A DNA stretch of 64,000 bases from Eledone cirrhosa (GCA_964016885.1 OZ024740.1:342922001-342986000); one strand, 5' to 3'; shown: positions 1 through 11,953, numbered from the stretch's first letter. Notes: generated from the letters alone by a model not told the origin. Program-made: numbers and translations.

Positions 1-154
1 ACAGTTATATGTTACCTACATTTAGTATTTTTTTTACTACATCATATAAAGTCAGTTTATTTACCAATAACAAATTTACAAAACATTTTTGGTATGCTTT
101 TGAATATTTACTATATAGGTGGGCGGGGGCAAATGTTTTCCATGTGAAAGACGC

Positions 155-174
155 AAAAAGGTTGGGAACCCCTG
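155..174. mobile_element. Terminal inverted repeat of a hAT-Charlie-type element (other end outside the window or decayed)
   Basis: aaaaaggttgggaacccctg is the reverse complement of CAGGGGTTCCCAACCTTTTT, a typical Charlie terminus. Confidence 0.55.
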
Positions 175-282
175 ATATCTCTCTCTCTCATATATATATG
201 TATATATATCTAGTCAAACTTAAATGTTCTATAGAAAATAATTATTTTATTAAAATGTATTTTATGCTACTTAACTTATAAC

Positions 283-464
283 TGTTTCTACTTTAGGCAC
301 AAGGCCAGCAATTACCCAGTGCATTACTGGTACTTTATTTTATCGACCCCGTAAGGATGAAAGGCAAAGTTAACCTCGGCGGGATTTGAACTCAGATCGT
401 AAAGGGACGTAACTCTATGCTGCAAAGCATGGCGTCCGACCCTCTACCGATACTGCCAATCCAC
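283..464 (-). mobile_element. Young tRNA-derived SINE (family A)
   Basis: A-box-like TGGCAGTATCGG, B-box GAGTTCAAATCC, central GCCTTTCATCCTTACGGGGTCGATAAAATAAAGTACCAG. TSD taacttataac at 272-282 and 465-475. Confidence 0.9.
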
Positions 465-751
465 TAACTTATAACGAATGTTCAAAATAATCCGTGATCA
501 GACAAGAAATATCTTTTGTTTTGTGTTTTCGACATTCGCTACTATTTTTTTATATTTTCTACTAACAATTTTTTCTGCTATTTTCTAGCATAATGAATTC
601 TTTACAAAAATTGCACAAATGCTTAAATATATGTCAGTTTAAAAATCAAGCTCTGTCATTTTCCTAAAGATAAATGCTCGATAGTTATCTCCCCTCGTGC
701 TACTTAGAAACGTAAGATGCTGTAATTCTATAGACTAATATTTTATTTCGT

Positions 752-936
752 GATGGATTGGCAGTATCGGTAGAGGGTCGGACGCCATGCCTTGACGCGT
801 AGAGTTACGGCCCTTGCCATTCTGAGTTCAAATCCCGCCGAGGTTAACTTTGCCTTTCATCCTTACGGGGTCGATAAAATAAAATACCAGTAATACACTG
901 GATAATTGCTGGCCTTGTGCCAAAAGTAGAAACAAT
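752..936 (+). mobile_element. Young tRNA-derived SINE (family A)
   Basis: Same consensus as 283-464 in opposite orientation. TSD tattttatttcgt at 739-751 and 937-949. Confidence 0.9.
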
Positions 937-1045
937 TATTTTATTTCGTAAACATAATTAATAACAAAAAAGGAACAGGCATGCACACCCCTTCAATTAA
1001 ACACTACATCAGGGAATGTTGGTGTTACCCTCTGAAAATTTTGAG

Positions 1046-1420
1046 TCAACTCAAAACACCCACAGCATTACTGCGTATGATAGCGAGGCTGAGGCGCTGA
1101 AACAACCAAACACCCTCACAAGTACCACTTGATAATTCTCCAACGGAAGAAGCCAACGTTGGCAAAATCTTCACTACCAGTGGTCCAACTTTCCAGAACA
1201 TCTGGAATGCAACAGGTTGAAAAATACATTTAAAATCATATTTCAATAATTTATTCCGTCCAGCAATGAATGCAATGACCCCCACCTCCGCCACAGAATT
1301 ATGGATGTAAGGAGTGAAAAAGTCACTGACAGTGATGTCCCTTATCAAGCATTTACCCCTACCTCCAATGACAATGGGTAAATCAGCCGAGTCTCTTCTA
1401 ATCAACCCTTGATAATCCAA
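1046..1420 (-). pseudogene. CRE-clade non-LTR retrotransposon remnant (C-terminal restriction-like endonuclease region)
   Basis: GLIRRD..GRGKCLIRDITVSD..KLLKY..FQPVAF..WLFQRLSLAIIRSNA resembles the CRE-type C-terminus (RGK.L.WD.T..D; F.P.A.ET.G; FQR.S.A.QRGNA). Confidence 0.7.
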
Positions 1421-1867
1421 CTCAGAATTGGCGGGACATTGATTCTGGTTAAAATTGGTTTATTTAATGCTATTAAACATAATTAGTTTTTCACATTTTA
1501 ATCAATGGACTTGCAGCCATGTCAGGTCATAGTTGTCAAGAATAAATGTAGGTCATATCAACGCTAGTACTTGTTTGTGTCTTATTTATTTTATCGATCT
1601 TGGGACATGATGTAATGCAACATATACAATAACATGGATATTTTAAAACCTGGACACACAAACTAAAGTATCAGCTGAACCAATTTCTTAAAGTTCTTAT
1701 CTGTAGTTCATAATAAATAATCTAGGTTTTTGTTTTTAACATCAGTACAAATTATTTATACAAATAAAAACAAATTATATAAAGAAAAAAAGTGAGAAAC
1801 CACAGGCACACTCAGTCACATACCAAAACACAGGGCACTAGAGCTCCCCTCTAATAATTTTTCATTG

Positions 1868-1920
1868 TTGTGAGTGATAGCGAGGCTAAGCTGCTGGAAT
1901 AACAAAGCACTCTCTCATGT
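1868..1920 (-). pseudogene. Short CRE-type C-terminal fragment
   Basis: Minus strand reads ESALLFQQLSLAITH; the DNA resembles 1078-1110. Confidence 0.45.
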
Positions 1921-3420
1921 GCATTATCTGATACACTAGTAGAATATTATCATCGTGTAACATACCGTTACCCTGTTAGCACAGATTTACTTATTTGAAA
2001 TTGTTTTAATGAGTTTTGACTCTCTAATCAGTGGCCATTGTGTGGGTTTTTGCTGCTCTCTGCAGTAGCCAAATTGACCTCCCACTTTCTAAAACATAAT
2101 ATACCTTCAACTATAGCAAATTATAGAAATTCTTAAAATTGATTTTAGGTTCTCTTTTTTTTCTTGTTCAGGTATAGCTTTGTAGAATTACAAGCATGGA
2201 TGTGTGGTCTAAAGGTTTGCTCTGCAACCATATTGGTCTCGGTTCAATTCCCCACCACATAGCACCATAGCTTTAAGTTGACCAATGTCTTGTGAGTGAA
2301 ACTTTGAAAACAGACTGTGTGTGTGCATGTATGTGTTTATGTATGCATGTGTGTGTGTGTGCGTGCGAACATGCATGTATGTGAGTGCGTAAGCATCAGG
2401 GAGAAAGCAGAAAACTGGTCATTAACATATGTAGAAGTACATTGTTCAATATGTCCTTTCTGTGTATAAAAAATGGTAGGGTGGGTATTGGGGAAAATTG
2501 CCTCCTATTTTTAGCATGTCAAGCAATCATGTAGAGAAGGGATCCCAGCCTGTGGCCCTTAAGGATGTTCAGTGCAGCCCTCAGAACAAGGTAAGAATTA
2601 TGCTCTTATCCAGCAGATTGTATGTAGCCAGCAACGGCATGACAGGATTTGTGCAATTGTTATATAACTTCAAACTACTTATCAAAGTAGTAGTAGTTAT
2701 GGACACAAATGGACAACATATGTTACAGCTGTTCAAGCTAAGAACAGACTACAATTCCTGGAAAAAAACCACCCACCTCTACCATACCCACCATTGCAAC
2801 TTAATCAGGGATACTTTTTTAATCCCTTGCCAGGAAGGACAGCACCTAGAACTTTTTTTCCCCAGGGCCTCTGTGACTGGTGATAAAGAGAAAGTCAACC
2901 TTAAATTGGTCTGGCCTGAATGCTTGCAGCAGAGTGGAGTCTTTTAAAGGCAACCAAGGTCCAGGTGGTGGTGTTAAATCAGGTAATAGATTAAATCTAC
3001 TACCCAAGTTAAATTTACCACCTAAATTAAATCTACCATGAAAGACTACCATCGATAAAATAAAGGATGTCTTGGTGCAATGTACAGACTATAAACTCCC
3101 TTGCTTGCCAAATTGCAGCAAGTCCTTCTTGTCTCTTGCTAAAAGGATCTCTTACCAGATTTGCTGAATCCTCTGACTCACCAACTCCTCAACCATGATG
3201 GCTCCAAAGCATTACTATCACTTTTAACACCCAACTCAGGAAAATGGAAGAAGTGGATTGATAAGTTGTGAGGAATGTATAAGAAGTAAAGAGAATAACC
3301 TCTGATGGTAGGTAGCTACTAGCACAGAACCACTGGTGGTTGGTGTAAGTCTCTTGTGTGATAGGCTGCAGGCTGAATTGATAAGAGTATGAGAATAAAG
3401 GAGACAGATACATGTTAGAA

Positions 3421-3650
3421 TCATCATCATCATCGTTTAACGTCTATCTTCCAGGCTAGCCTCATTTAAAGGAAAGTTGGGTCAGGTGACCGTGTCTCGC
3501 TTATATAGGACTGTTTCTGGCTGGATGCCCTTCCTAACACCAACCACATTTACAGTGTGTGCTGGGTGCTTTTTGTAGTGACTCGTACCTGATCATTTTA
3601 CAGTCTGGACTGGGTGCTTTTTACTGTGTTACTTACACGACCACTTTAGA
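3421..3650 (-). mobile_element. RTE-derived bipartite non-autonomous element
   Basis: Carries the GGTGTTAGGAAGGGCATCCAGCC motif and a GACGTTAAACGATGATGATG tail. Confidence 0.7.
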
Positions 3651-3819
3651 ATGAAAATGCAATATATGGGTAGTTGAGCAGTTTACCAGACATATGTGTA
3701 ACAACCAAGATAAGCAAGAGACATGGGGTAGGCATATGACAATCAGGTCTAAAGGATGGAATGGAAGCATTAATCTAAGTAGTACAAGAACAATCACTTA
3801 TAATAAACTATGTGAAATG

Positions 3820-4671
3820 CCACATCGATAAAAATGTAGAATCACAATTATGTAAAAAAAGTTGAAAGGTTCAATCACATAGTAAGTGAATGCAGTAAAC
3901 TTTCACACAAAATAAAAAAAGGATGTACAACAACATTGTAAATATAATTGTGACTGAGATAATAGAAATGGTACAAGAAAAAGTCTAATGCAGTGTTTGA
4001 AAATAAAGAAATTAAGTTGGATATCAATATCCAATGTAACAAGAGGATTGAGGCTAGAAGACCAGACATTTTTATCCCTCTCAAAAAAAGGAAAGACATT
4101 GCACAATAATACATATAGCATCTCCAGGTGACAACAGAGTGTGTGAGATGAACAAGAAAAGATTGAAAAATACAAAGATCTGAAAAGAGAAATTGCAAGA
4201 GTGTAGTCTAAAGTCTGTCTCAAGCCAGGAGGCTTGTCAGACCAGTGCTTATCCCGGTTCCATGTGAAGCTACTGAGAGTACAAGACCCCCCCCCCCCCC
4301 CTCCCCCTGGACAGGATGCCAGTCCATCACAGAGTTAACCTCCCAGCTACTGCCGGTACTTATTTTCAGCTGAGTATACTGGAGTAATGTGAAACAAAGT
4401 GTTTCACTCAAGAACACAACATGCAACCCAGCCCAGGAATCAAACCCACAACATTATGATCATAAGTCCAACACCCTTATCACTAAGCCACGTGCCTCCG
4501 CTTGAGAGTGTAGGGAATATGAAAATATGTCGAAGTTGTGTCAGTCATACTCTTGGTACAATGAAGAATAATATGAAAATATAGTTGGAGAAGATTGAAA
4601 GTGGAACAAATATATTACTGAAAACCATATTAGGAAGCACAAGGATTGCAAGGAAGGTACTCAAAAATTGA
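3820..4671 (+). pseudogene. R4/Dong-clade LINE 3' remnant, split by a SINE
   Basis: Decayed frames give HIDK..SQLC..NHIVSECSKL (CCHC region), NIQCNKRIEARRPDI and HIASPGDNRV..EKIEKYKDLKREIARV. After the SINE it continues with LGSTRIARKVL*. Confidence 0.75.
4207..4504 (-). mobile_element. tRNA-headed CORE-type SINE nested in the R4 remnant
   Basis: Head GTGGCTTAGTG..GGTTTGATTCC. 9-bp TSD agagtgtag at 4198-4206 and 4505-4513. Confidence 0.8.
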
Positions 4672-7367
4672 GCTGAAGAATCCCAAAGGACCTTTGGTCA
4701 TTCATTATGATTCATGCATGAGGTTGTAAAAGATCTGTTTGCAATATGAAAAAAAAAAAAATACAGAAGACATAACATGCATGTCTATGGTTTCACATAC
4801 AAAATAGATAACAAAGACATTGAAATACTTAAAACACAGTACATTGGAGAGGGCTATATTTATTTATATTTATATATATGTATATACACATTTGACATTT
4901 CATGATAATTTATTTTGCTTGCATAAAGCAGAAAAATGAAAATACCATCAACATGGATATAAATTTCACAAATAAATAGTTTTTTTTAAACAAAATAACA
5001 AAGCTTGGTAGAGTGTAAGAAAATATTCCTTCACTGAGATATGTTTATTTGAAAAAAAAGAAACAAGTCAATTGAAGAACTATTCTTTCCACATTTCCTT
5101 ATACACACACATACACAGACACACATGCTGGAATGGACCTCTATTGGTTTCAACAATGAGTGTTCCAGTTATTCAATTAACAGTGTAACCTACTCATTAA
5201 ATTAACATATAAGTGGCTGAACATTCAGCAGATAGGTGTACTCTTAAAGTAATTCTCATAGGGATTCAGAGTGACACTGTGTGTGACAAGGCCAGCCTTG
5301 AATAACAGGTACAGTTCATCTGACAAGCTTTCAAACAGTTTCTGGCAGCCCAATTTCACTGGCAAGGCTCAACTTGAGCTGAGGCTCAGGTAAATGACAC
5401 TTGCCCAAGGTATCATGCAGTGGGATCAAAAACAGGACCTAATGATTGTGAAGCAAACTTCTTAACCATTCAGTCATGCTGCATCCACATGCACTCACTC
5501 ACTCGCGCACACGATAATGGACGTCATTTAAAATTTGACAAAGGCACAGTCCTTTGTTGTATCAAGCCTTTACAGCAAGGCTGGGCGTTGATTTGCAAAA
5601 TCTCTCCAAAGTCTGAGTGTTTCAGTGAGATCTGTTCACAGCAGCTCTTGCAGAGTCCTTCTAACTTGATTGTGTATTTAGAATGTTAATTAAATTTTGG
5701 CAAAAGCTATTTCACACAATTTTCTTTTTAATATACACAAAAAATAAATATATAATCATGAAGTACGACAATCTTAATATTAATAAAACACCACAGAAAC
5801 CACATTTACATTTTACATTAATTTAACCCAATCAATGCATAGAACCTAAATGATAGCCTACTCTCTAAATATTACACAGACATATCATCATTGTATCTAC
5901 AACCGCTTTTCCATGCTAGAGAATGCTCTGATAGCAACCTAATTTTATTTATAACTCTGGTATATACCACAATGCTGTGAGATATATTATTTACATGGGA
6001 CATAAACAAATGTCACCACCTGCTTCAAACAGTGTCAATATAAAGATGTATGCAATAAACTGTAACACACATATATGCAGCAGTGAACTGGAACCAGTCC
6101 TCCATTTAAGAACCTGTTATTAACTTTTTGCTAGATGCTGAAGAGGAGACCACTCAGAAAATTGTGATGTCAATCACTCCACAAATCACATAACAGAAGC
6201 TGACAGTCATTTCAATTTATTCACATTTTTTTTTTGGAGCCCATTCATTTACACATTCGACTTGCCATATACATTTGTAAAACCTTGCTCAACGAATTCT
6301 TGTTGAATAAGGTGGTTCTCAGTTCACTGCAGAAAGGAAAAGGCTGGGATAGTCACAACTAAAATGCCTTTCATCATAGGTTTGCCTGATCAGGGTTAAT
6401 CTGTAGCTAAACAACAACAAACACACCAAACACAATAAACATACACACATATAATGTTGTAGCTAAAATAATATACAATGTAATCTATAATGACTGCCCT
6501 GGAACAAATATAAAAGATATTTCTCATGTTGATTATATTTATACATTCAAATAAGGAATATTGGTGGAACATTCCCATCAAAACATCCACTAAATTCAAA
6601 CACAACAGATATGATATATTTGATTAGGACAAAAAACAAAAAAAAAAACTATTTTCTGTAGTGGAGGTCAGTTGCCCAGTAGATATGAATATTACCTTTA
6701 AAATTAGTGAGATAGAGATCAATGTGAGTTAACTACTTCAAAACCTACAACTTTTCTAGCCAGGTTTACATTTGTACTCATAATCATTGCTATATTTGAT
6801 TAAATGTTTAAGTAAACATCTGGTAGAAGTATTGTTTTCAGGTAAAGTAAGAGACCTGCTATCATGTATCCTGAAAATCAAATCTATAAGTATAATAGTG
6901 AAAATATACAAGACTTTTCTAAAATTCAGCAAGTAATTCTATACTTTTGTTGTTATCTAAGTTTCAATGACAGAACTTGGTTTCTTAGAAATCAACTCCT
7001 CCTTTATAGCAAGAATTTAAAAAAATGGTGTGTACATACATCTTTTCTTTTTTTAATTGGTTTGGAGAAAGGGGTTGTACCCATGGAATATGCAGGTCCT
7101 CTGAGACTGATGTATACATATATGCATACACACACATAGATATATACTCATACACACACACATATATATATATATCTCATATAATTGCACCTTTCAAAGG
7201 AGATGATACAGGATTGAGATCTCTGGTGTTACATAGTAATACAGAAGATCTGCCTTCCCATGTGCACGGTTTAAAGCATACATCTATTATGCATCATTCC
7301 CCCTCCCCCATACACCTCCAACATCCTAACACCCCTACCTTCACCAGAAAAGTCCCTCACCCCAGCC

Positions 7368-7735
7368 CCCAGTCCACACTGTAAAGTGGTTGTGTTGGTG
7401 ACCCAACACAAAGTGCCTAGTCCTACTTTAAAGTGGTCGTGTTGGTGGCACGTCAAAAGCGCCCAGTCCACACCGTAAAGTGGTTGTGTTAATGACTTGA
7501 CAAAAAGCGCCCAGTCCACACTGTAAAGTGGTTGTTTTGATGCTATGATAAAAGGTACTCACTACACACTGTAAATGTGGTTGGCATTAGGAAAAGCATC
7601 CAGTCATAGAGAGCAGGACAAAATCAGTTCTGTATGAGCACGACACGGTCACCTGATATGGTTTGTCTCACAATGGGACAACTTGTCTAACCCATGTTAG
7701 AGTGGGAAAATGGATGTTAAATGGCGATGATGATA
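7368..7735 (+). mobile_element. RTE-derived bipartite element with ~50-bp internal tandem subrepeats
   Basis: About five copies of cccagtccacactgtaaagtggttgtg, then ggcattaggaaaagcatccag, then the tail ggatgttaaatggcgatgatg. Confidence 0.7.
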
Positions 7736-8044
7736 TATACACTCCCACAAACACATGTATACATTCTTAAGGCTTAATTTATCACTCGACTTAACACCAT
7801 TACCTGACTCTTAGGGTCCTTCAATGGAGTCAACTCTATTGTACATAACTAGGCCACGACTCGTCTTCCTTCCCTTAAACCAGTTTTAAAGGCACTGACC
7901 TTTCTCCTGTCATAAAAACACACTCACACATACACATACATATATACACATATAGGCACATATGCAAATTCACATACATATATACACCTACACGACCTCA
8001 TTTATTTAGGACTGGATGTTGTGGTACCACAACAGTCCTAAATA

Positions 8045-8287
8045 AATGAGGTCGTGTAGGTGTCATGACAAAAAAACAGTCCACGCTGTAATGTGGCCGT
8101 GTTGTAACACGGTAAAAACCTACCAGTCCACACTGTAAACGTGGTTGGTGTTAGGAAGGGCATCCAGCCGTAGAAAACCCGCCAGACAGTCCTGAGCAAG
8201 ACAACCAATCTTGCCTCAAGTGGGACAATTCCCATCCAGACCCATGCTAGCATGGAAAATGGACGTTAAACGATGATGATGATGATG
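8045..8287 (+). mobile_element. RTE-derived bipartite element
   Basis: gtggttggtgttaggaagggcatccagccgtagaaaa, then cccatgctagcatggaaaatggacgttaaacg(atg)n. Confidence 0.8.
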
Positions 8288-8393
8288 TTCATTTTGGTTA
8301 TTTCATCACACACAGCTGATGTGTTTCAATTTTAGGTTATTATCAAGGAAATACTGAAATTCACTTTTTTTTTTTTTTACAAGGATGATGAAA

Positions 8394-8640
8394 ATGTGTG
8401 GCCTAGTATTTAGGGTATTAGACTCACAATTGTAATGTGAATTTGATTCTCAGAAACAACAGCACATTATGTTCTTGAGCAAGGCACTTCAGTCAACTTA
8501 GCTGAAAATGAGTCCCAGGAGAAGCTGGGAGGATTAACCTTGTGATGGACTGGTGTCCTATCCAAAGGAGATTTATGTGCTCTCAATTGCTTAATACCAC
8601 ATGAAACAGGAATAAGTTCTGGCTTGATGAGCCTCTAAGC
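8394..8640 (+). mobile_element. CORE-type tRNA SINE, older copy
   Basis: Collinear with the reverse complement of 4207-4504 (gttcttgagcaaggcactt..gctgggaggattaaccttgtgatggactgg). Confidence 0.65.
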
Positions 8641-9434
8641 TAAAAATGATAAGAAGGATGGATAGGAAACCTAATAAAACTAGTTCTGCCATAAATTTCT
8701 GTATGTTCACATCCATCTTGTAAAAAAAAAAAATTAGTTTCAATATTTGCTTGATAATATCCTAATATTGAAGCAGATCTGCTGTGTGTAGTGAAATAAC
8801 ACAAATAATTATAATTTTTCAGTACCTAAATATTTCAATACTTTATTTTTATGGTGGTCCTCTAGTTTATGAGCTAACATTTTCATATATGTATGTTTAC
8901 ATACATGGAGAACACATACACAAACACATTATATATATATATATATGTGTGTGTGTGTATAATATACGGTTGATGTCATTGCAGCTAACCTAACACTTGT
9001 ATTGATTTAGCTGGTCTTCCATGAGGTTGCATTTCCTATGAGGTTTCTTGGGTGTTTTAATGATAGCCCTATTTTATTTATATATATATACACACACACA
9101 CACATGCAAACACACTTTTATTAGGTAGAAATATACAAAGTGACTTTGACTTCGAAGTTTCATCAGTAATGGCTCATTAGACAGATACATTATCAGGATT
9201 TATATTAAATCATTATTTTTCTTTCTGTTACTTAATTGGTTTTCAGTTTTAAAAAAAATTAAAATAGGAGAAATATTGCAGAGAACTAGAAATAATAGTG
9301 TAAAAAAATCCCCAAATCATGAACTCTATAAAAGAGAATAACCTTTTCCAATATTGAGATTTCCTTGGGAAGTTTTTTTTTCTTTGGCTGTTTCAAAGTT
9401 TAGAATACTGCAAGTGTATTAGGTTTTTAGGTGT

Positions 9435-9677
9435 TTAGGCTGTGAACACCATAGAGTTAACTTTTGTGGAACTTAAACAAACAGAACATGGCATTGATAC
9501 ATAGGTACTATCAGATAGCAAAGTATTGCCAAAACTGGCTTCTTTAGATAGACCTAATGAATGCCTCTTTTCACAGAAACAACCTGAGTTGTCTGTAGAT
9601 TGTGATAAAACAGTTTTATGCAGTTCTCTTCTTGCTTTTCTAATCACAAATGTCATGAGACAGGCCATAAGGATCAG
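9435..9677 (-). CDS. TMEM64: TMEM64 last coding exon (80 aa plus TAA)
   Basis: Acceptor cttccttttcag|CTG ATC CTT ATG. LILMACLMTFVIRKARRELHK resembles the last transmembrane helix and tail of TMEM64. Stop at 9437-9435. Confidence 0.88.
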   Translation of the reverse strand: MILMACLMTFVIRKARRELHKTVLSQSTDNSGCFCEKRHSLGLSKEASFGNTLLSDSTYVSMPCSVCLSSTKVNSMVFTA

Positions 9678-9790
9678 CTGAAAAGGAAGTAAGATGACAT
9701 TAGAATTAAAGACCAACACAAGAAATTTCTTTTTAATGTTTAGAAAAAAAAAAGGCAGTATTTAATAACAAAATTTAGTCAAGTTTATCC

Positions 9791-9995
9791 TTAACTCTTT
9801 CATGACTGTATTTCTAATGAAATACACTGTATTACAATTAATTAATGAAGAACTAATTACTTTATTACTAATATAGTAACTTAACATATGACTCATATAT
9901 ATTTATGTTGGAAGATTTAAATTTAAATAGGAACCTTTTAAAATGTTTCATAGAACCAGAGACAGTTTTGGCCAGGTTTGTATAAAAAGGGTTAA
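9791..9995. mobile_element. piggyBac-like MITE (family P2; related copies near 13600-13954, 17340-17604, 30973-31184)
   Basis: Ends are TTAACTCTTT and AAAAGGGTTAA. Internal sequence is shared with the other copies. Confidence 0.55.
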
Positions 9996-10344
9996 ATGAA
10001 TAAAAATGTTCCTCCGTATCATAATCATTATTTTACATTGACTTTCCATGCTGTCATGGGTTGGATGGGTTGATAACAGTCAAAGTGAGTTCATATTCAG
10101 AGTTATGCTTCACTCATATGTTCTAATCTGGAGAGTAGACGGGCTCACCCCAACAACTTCATCAGGAGTTATGGGTTCATACATATATATATATTAAAAC
10201 AATGTTGTCTCTGATCGAGACGATGTGAGAGTGTATTTGGTTGAATACATATAAAAATGAGAAAACTCATTGCTAGAACGGCCGTTAAAACAGTTAAATG
10301 CTATCAAAGATAGCGATGGGCAAAAATGTTATATATATATATAT

Positions 10345-11050
10345 TTCTAGGGCGGGTAAAATTCCATGGACAGGTTCTCTCCAGCGGTCTCTGTCCCTCA
10401 TTATCGCTGGGTGAGCATGTCCAATTAACCTCAGTCTCCTCTGTGTCACTTTTGAGCTGACTTTTGGGAGGCTCTCATACGACTCTGAGGGAGACAGTGA
10501 TGTGAGTGCGGAAGAGTTCCATGAGGAGGTGTGTAGAGCTGTCAACACCACACAAGCACACAACATCCTGCTTGTTTTGGGGGACTTCAATGCACATCTG
10601 AGTAAGGAAGATCCTTGCTGGTACTTCCATAACAACACCATTGGATCCTTGCTGGTACTTCCATAACAACACCAACCGAAATGGAAGACTACTGAGAGAC
10701 ACCCTGCTGGAGGCGAACTTGATAGCGACCAACCTAAGGTTTAGGAAGAATCCGGGGAAGATGTGGACCTATATCTCAGATGTGCACCTGTCCAAGTGCC
10801 AGATTGATTTCATTCTGGTGAGGAAAAAGTGTCGGAATAGTGTTCTGAACACAGAACTATACAACTATTTCAGTACACTGGGTAGTGACCACCGGCTTGT
10901 TATGAGTGAGGTCCGGGTGAGCTTAAGAAAGAGCAAGGCTCAGCCCCGGAGAGCAATCTATGACTGGGGAGCTTTCAAGGAAGATAAGCTACAGGAGAGG
11001 TTCACAGTGGAAGTGAGGAACAGGTTCAGTGCTCTGTGTGGAGAGACAGA

Positions 11051-11051
<1 letters not shown>
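10345..11051. mobile_element. 5'-inverted, internally deleted RTE-type LINE insertion between (TA)n tracts
   Basis: 10345-10480 minus strand is a LINE C-terminus (KVTQRRLRLIGH..MRDRDRWRE). 10480-11051 plus strand is APE endonuclease (LGDFNAHL, QIDFILV, SDHRLV). A 31-bp tandem duplication lies at 10609-10673. Confidence 0.8.
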
Positions 11052-11080
<29 letters not shown>

Positions 11081-11081
<1 letters not shown>

Positions 11082-11700
11082 CTAGCAGCAGTACCCAGCG
11101 TTGCCTGGGTAGGTAAAATAATATCTGCTTTGATGAAAAGGTGTTGATCTTAGCAACTGATTCTCGATGACTCATCTATGGCCACACACAGGCCATGCAG
11201 GGGAGAGTGGTGATGACCTCTATCACTGGGATACGCGGCTGACTTACGAAGGGGCATGTTGGGAGAGGGAGTTTCGAATTTGAACGAAATTGGTTGAAAA
11301 ATGTGGGAACTGGAGCTGAAAAGGCGGAAATTTGAGCGAAAAGGTGGTATTTTCGAAAATTTAAGCGGCTGCTACGCCGTTCCTGAACAAAAAATCTAAA
11401 ATGTAAAGCCACTTTAAGACGTGAAATAATCAGATCTAGCGTAGTGTAAAATTTGAATAAAGTAGGTTGATAAATGTGGGAGCTAGAGCCGAAAAAGTGG
11501 AAATTTGAGTCTAAAAGTGGTATTTTTGAATATTTAAGCGGCTGCCACGCCGTCTCTGAACAAATGCAAAATATAAAGCCATTACAGGATGTGCAATGAT
11601 AAATTATATTTTGCTTTAAAATTTGGACAAAATCGGTGGCAAAATGTGGGAGCTCGAGCCAAAAATCTTATTTTTCGATACCTAAAAAAAGGTAAAAAAA
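11081..11700 (-). mobile_element. Non-autonomous Helitron-like element with ~170-bp internal tandem repeats
   Basis: Minus strand ends in CTAG|T (11085-11081), preceded by hairpin acccag-cgttgc-ctgggt (11093-11110). Repeat units start near 11277, 11450 and 11620. The 5' end is approximate. Confidence 0.65.
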
Positions 11701-11791
11701 ATAAACATGTGAATTAACAGACCCATTTTTAAATATCTTCTGCCAAATCATTACAGGGTGTTGAGTGTTAAAGTGAATATTAGATTCTTAC

Positions 11792-11953
11792 CTGTCCGCT
11801 AAAGACTAAATATCCTGTTATATGTGAAGAACTGTTATTCCAAACTTCTTCCATAGATCGAAATGTTGACCCAACATAGCAGTTCACAAGCGCTAAAGGC
11901 ATCATTCCTGCTATAGAAGCTAGAGAGTAAACTGGCATTGAAACATGTGTTAG
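11792..11953 (-). CDS. TMEM64: TMEM64 coding exon 2 (54 codons)
   Basis: Polypyrimidine tract plus cag acceptor (11956-11954) and CAG|gtaaga donor; 162 nt, phase 0/0. Translates LTHVSMPVYSLASIAGMMPLALVNCYVGSTFRSMEEVWNNSSSHITGYLVFSGQ, matching the TMEM64 segment that follows the FGLQN motif. Confidence 0.92.

Noticed and set aside
283-936. tRNA genes
   Set aside because: The A/B boxes belong to SINE heads with bodies, tails and TSDs; there is no complete cloverleaf.
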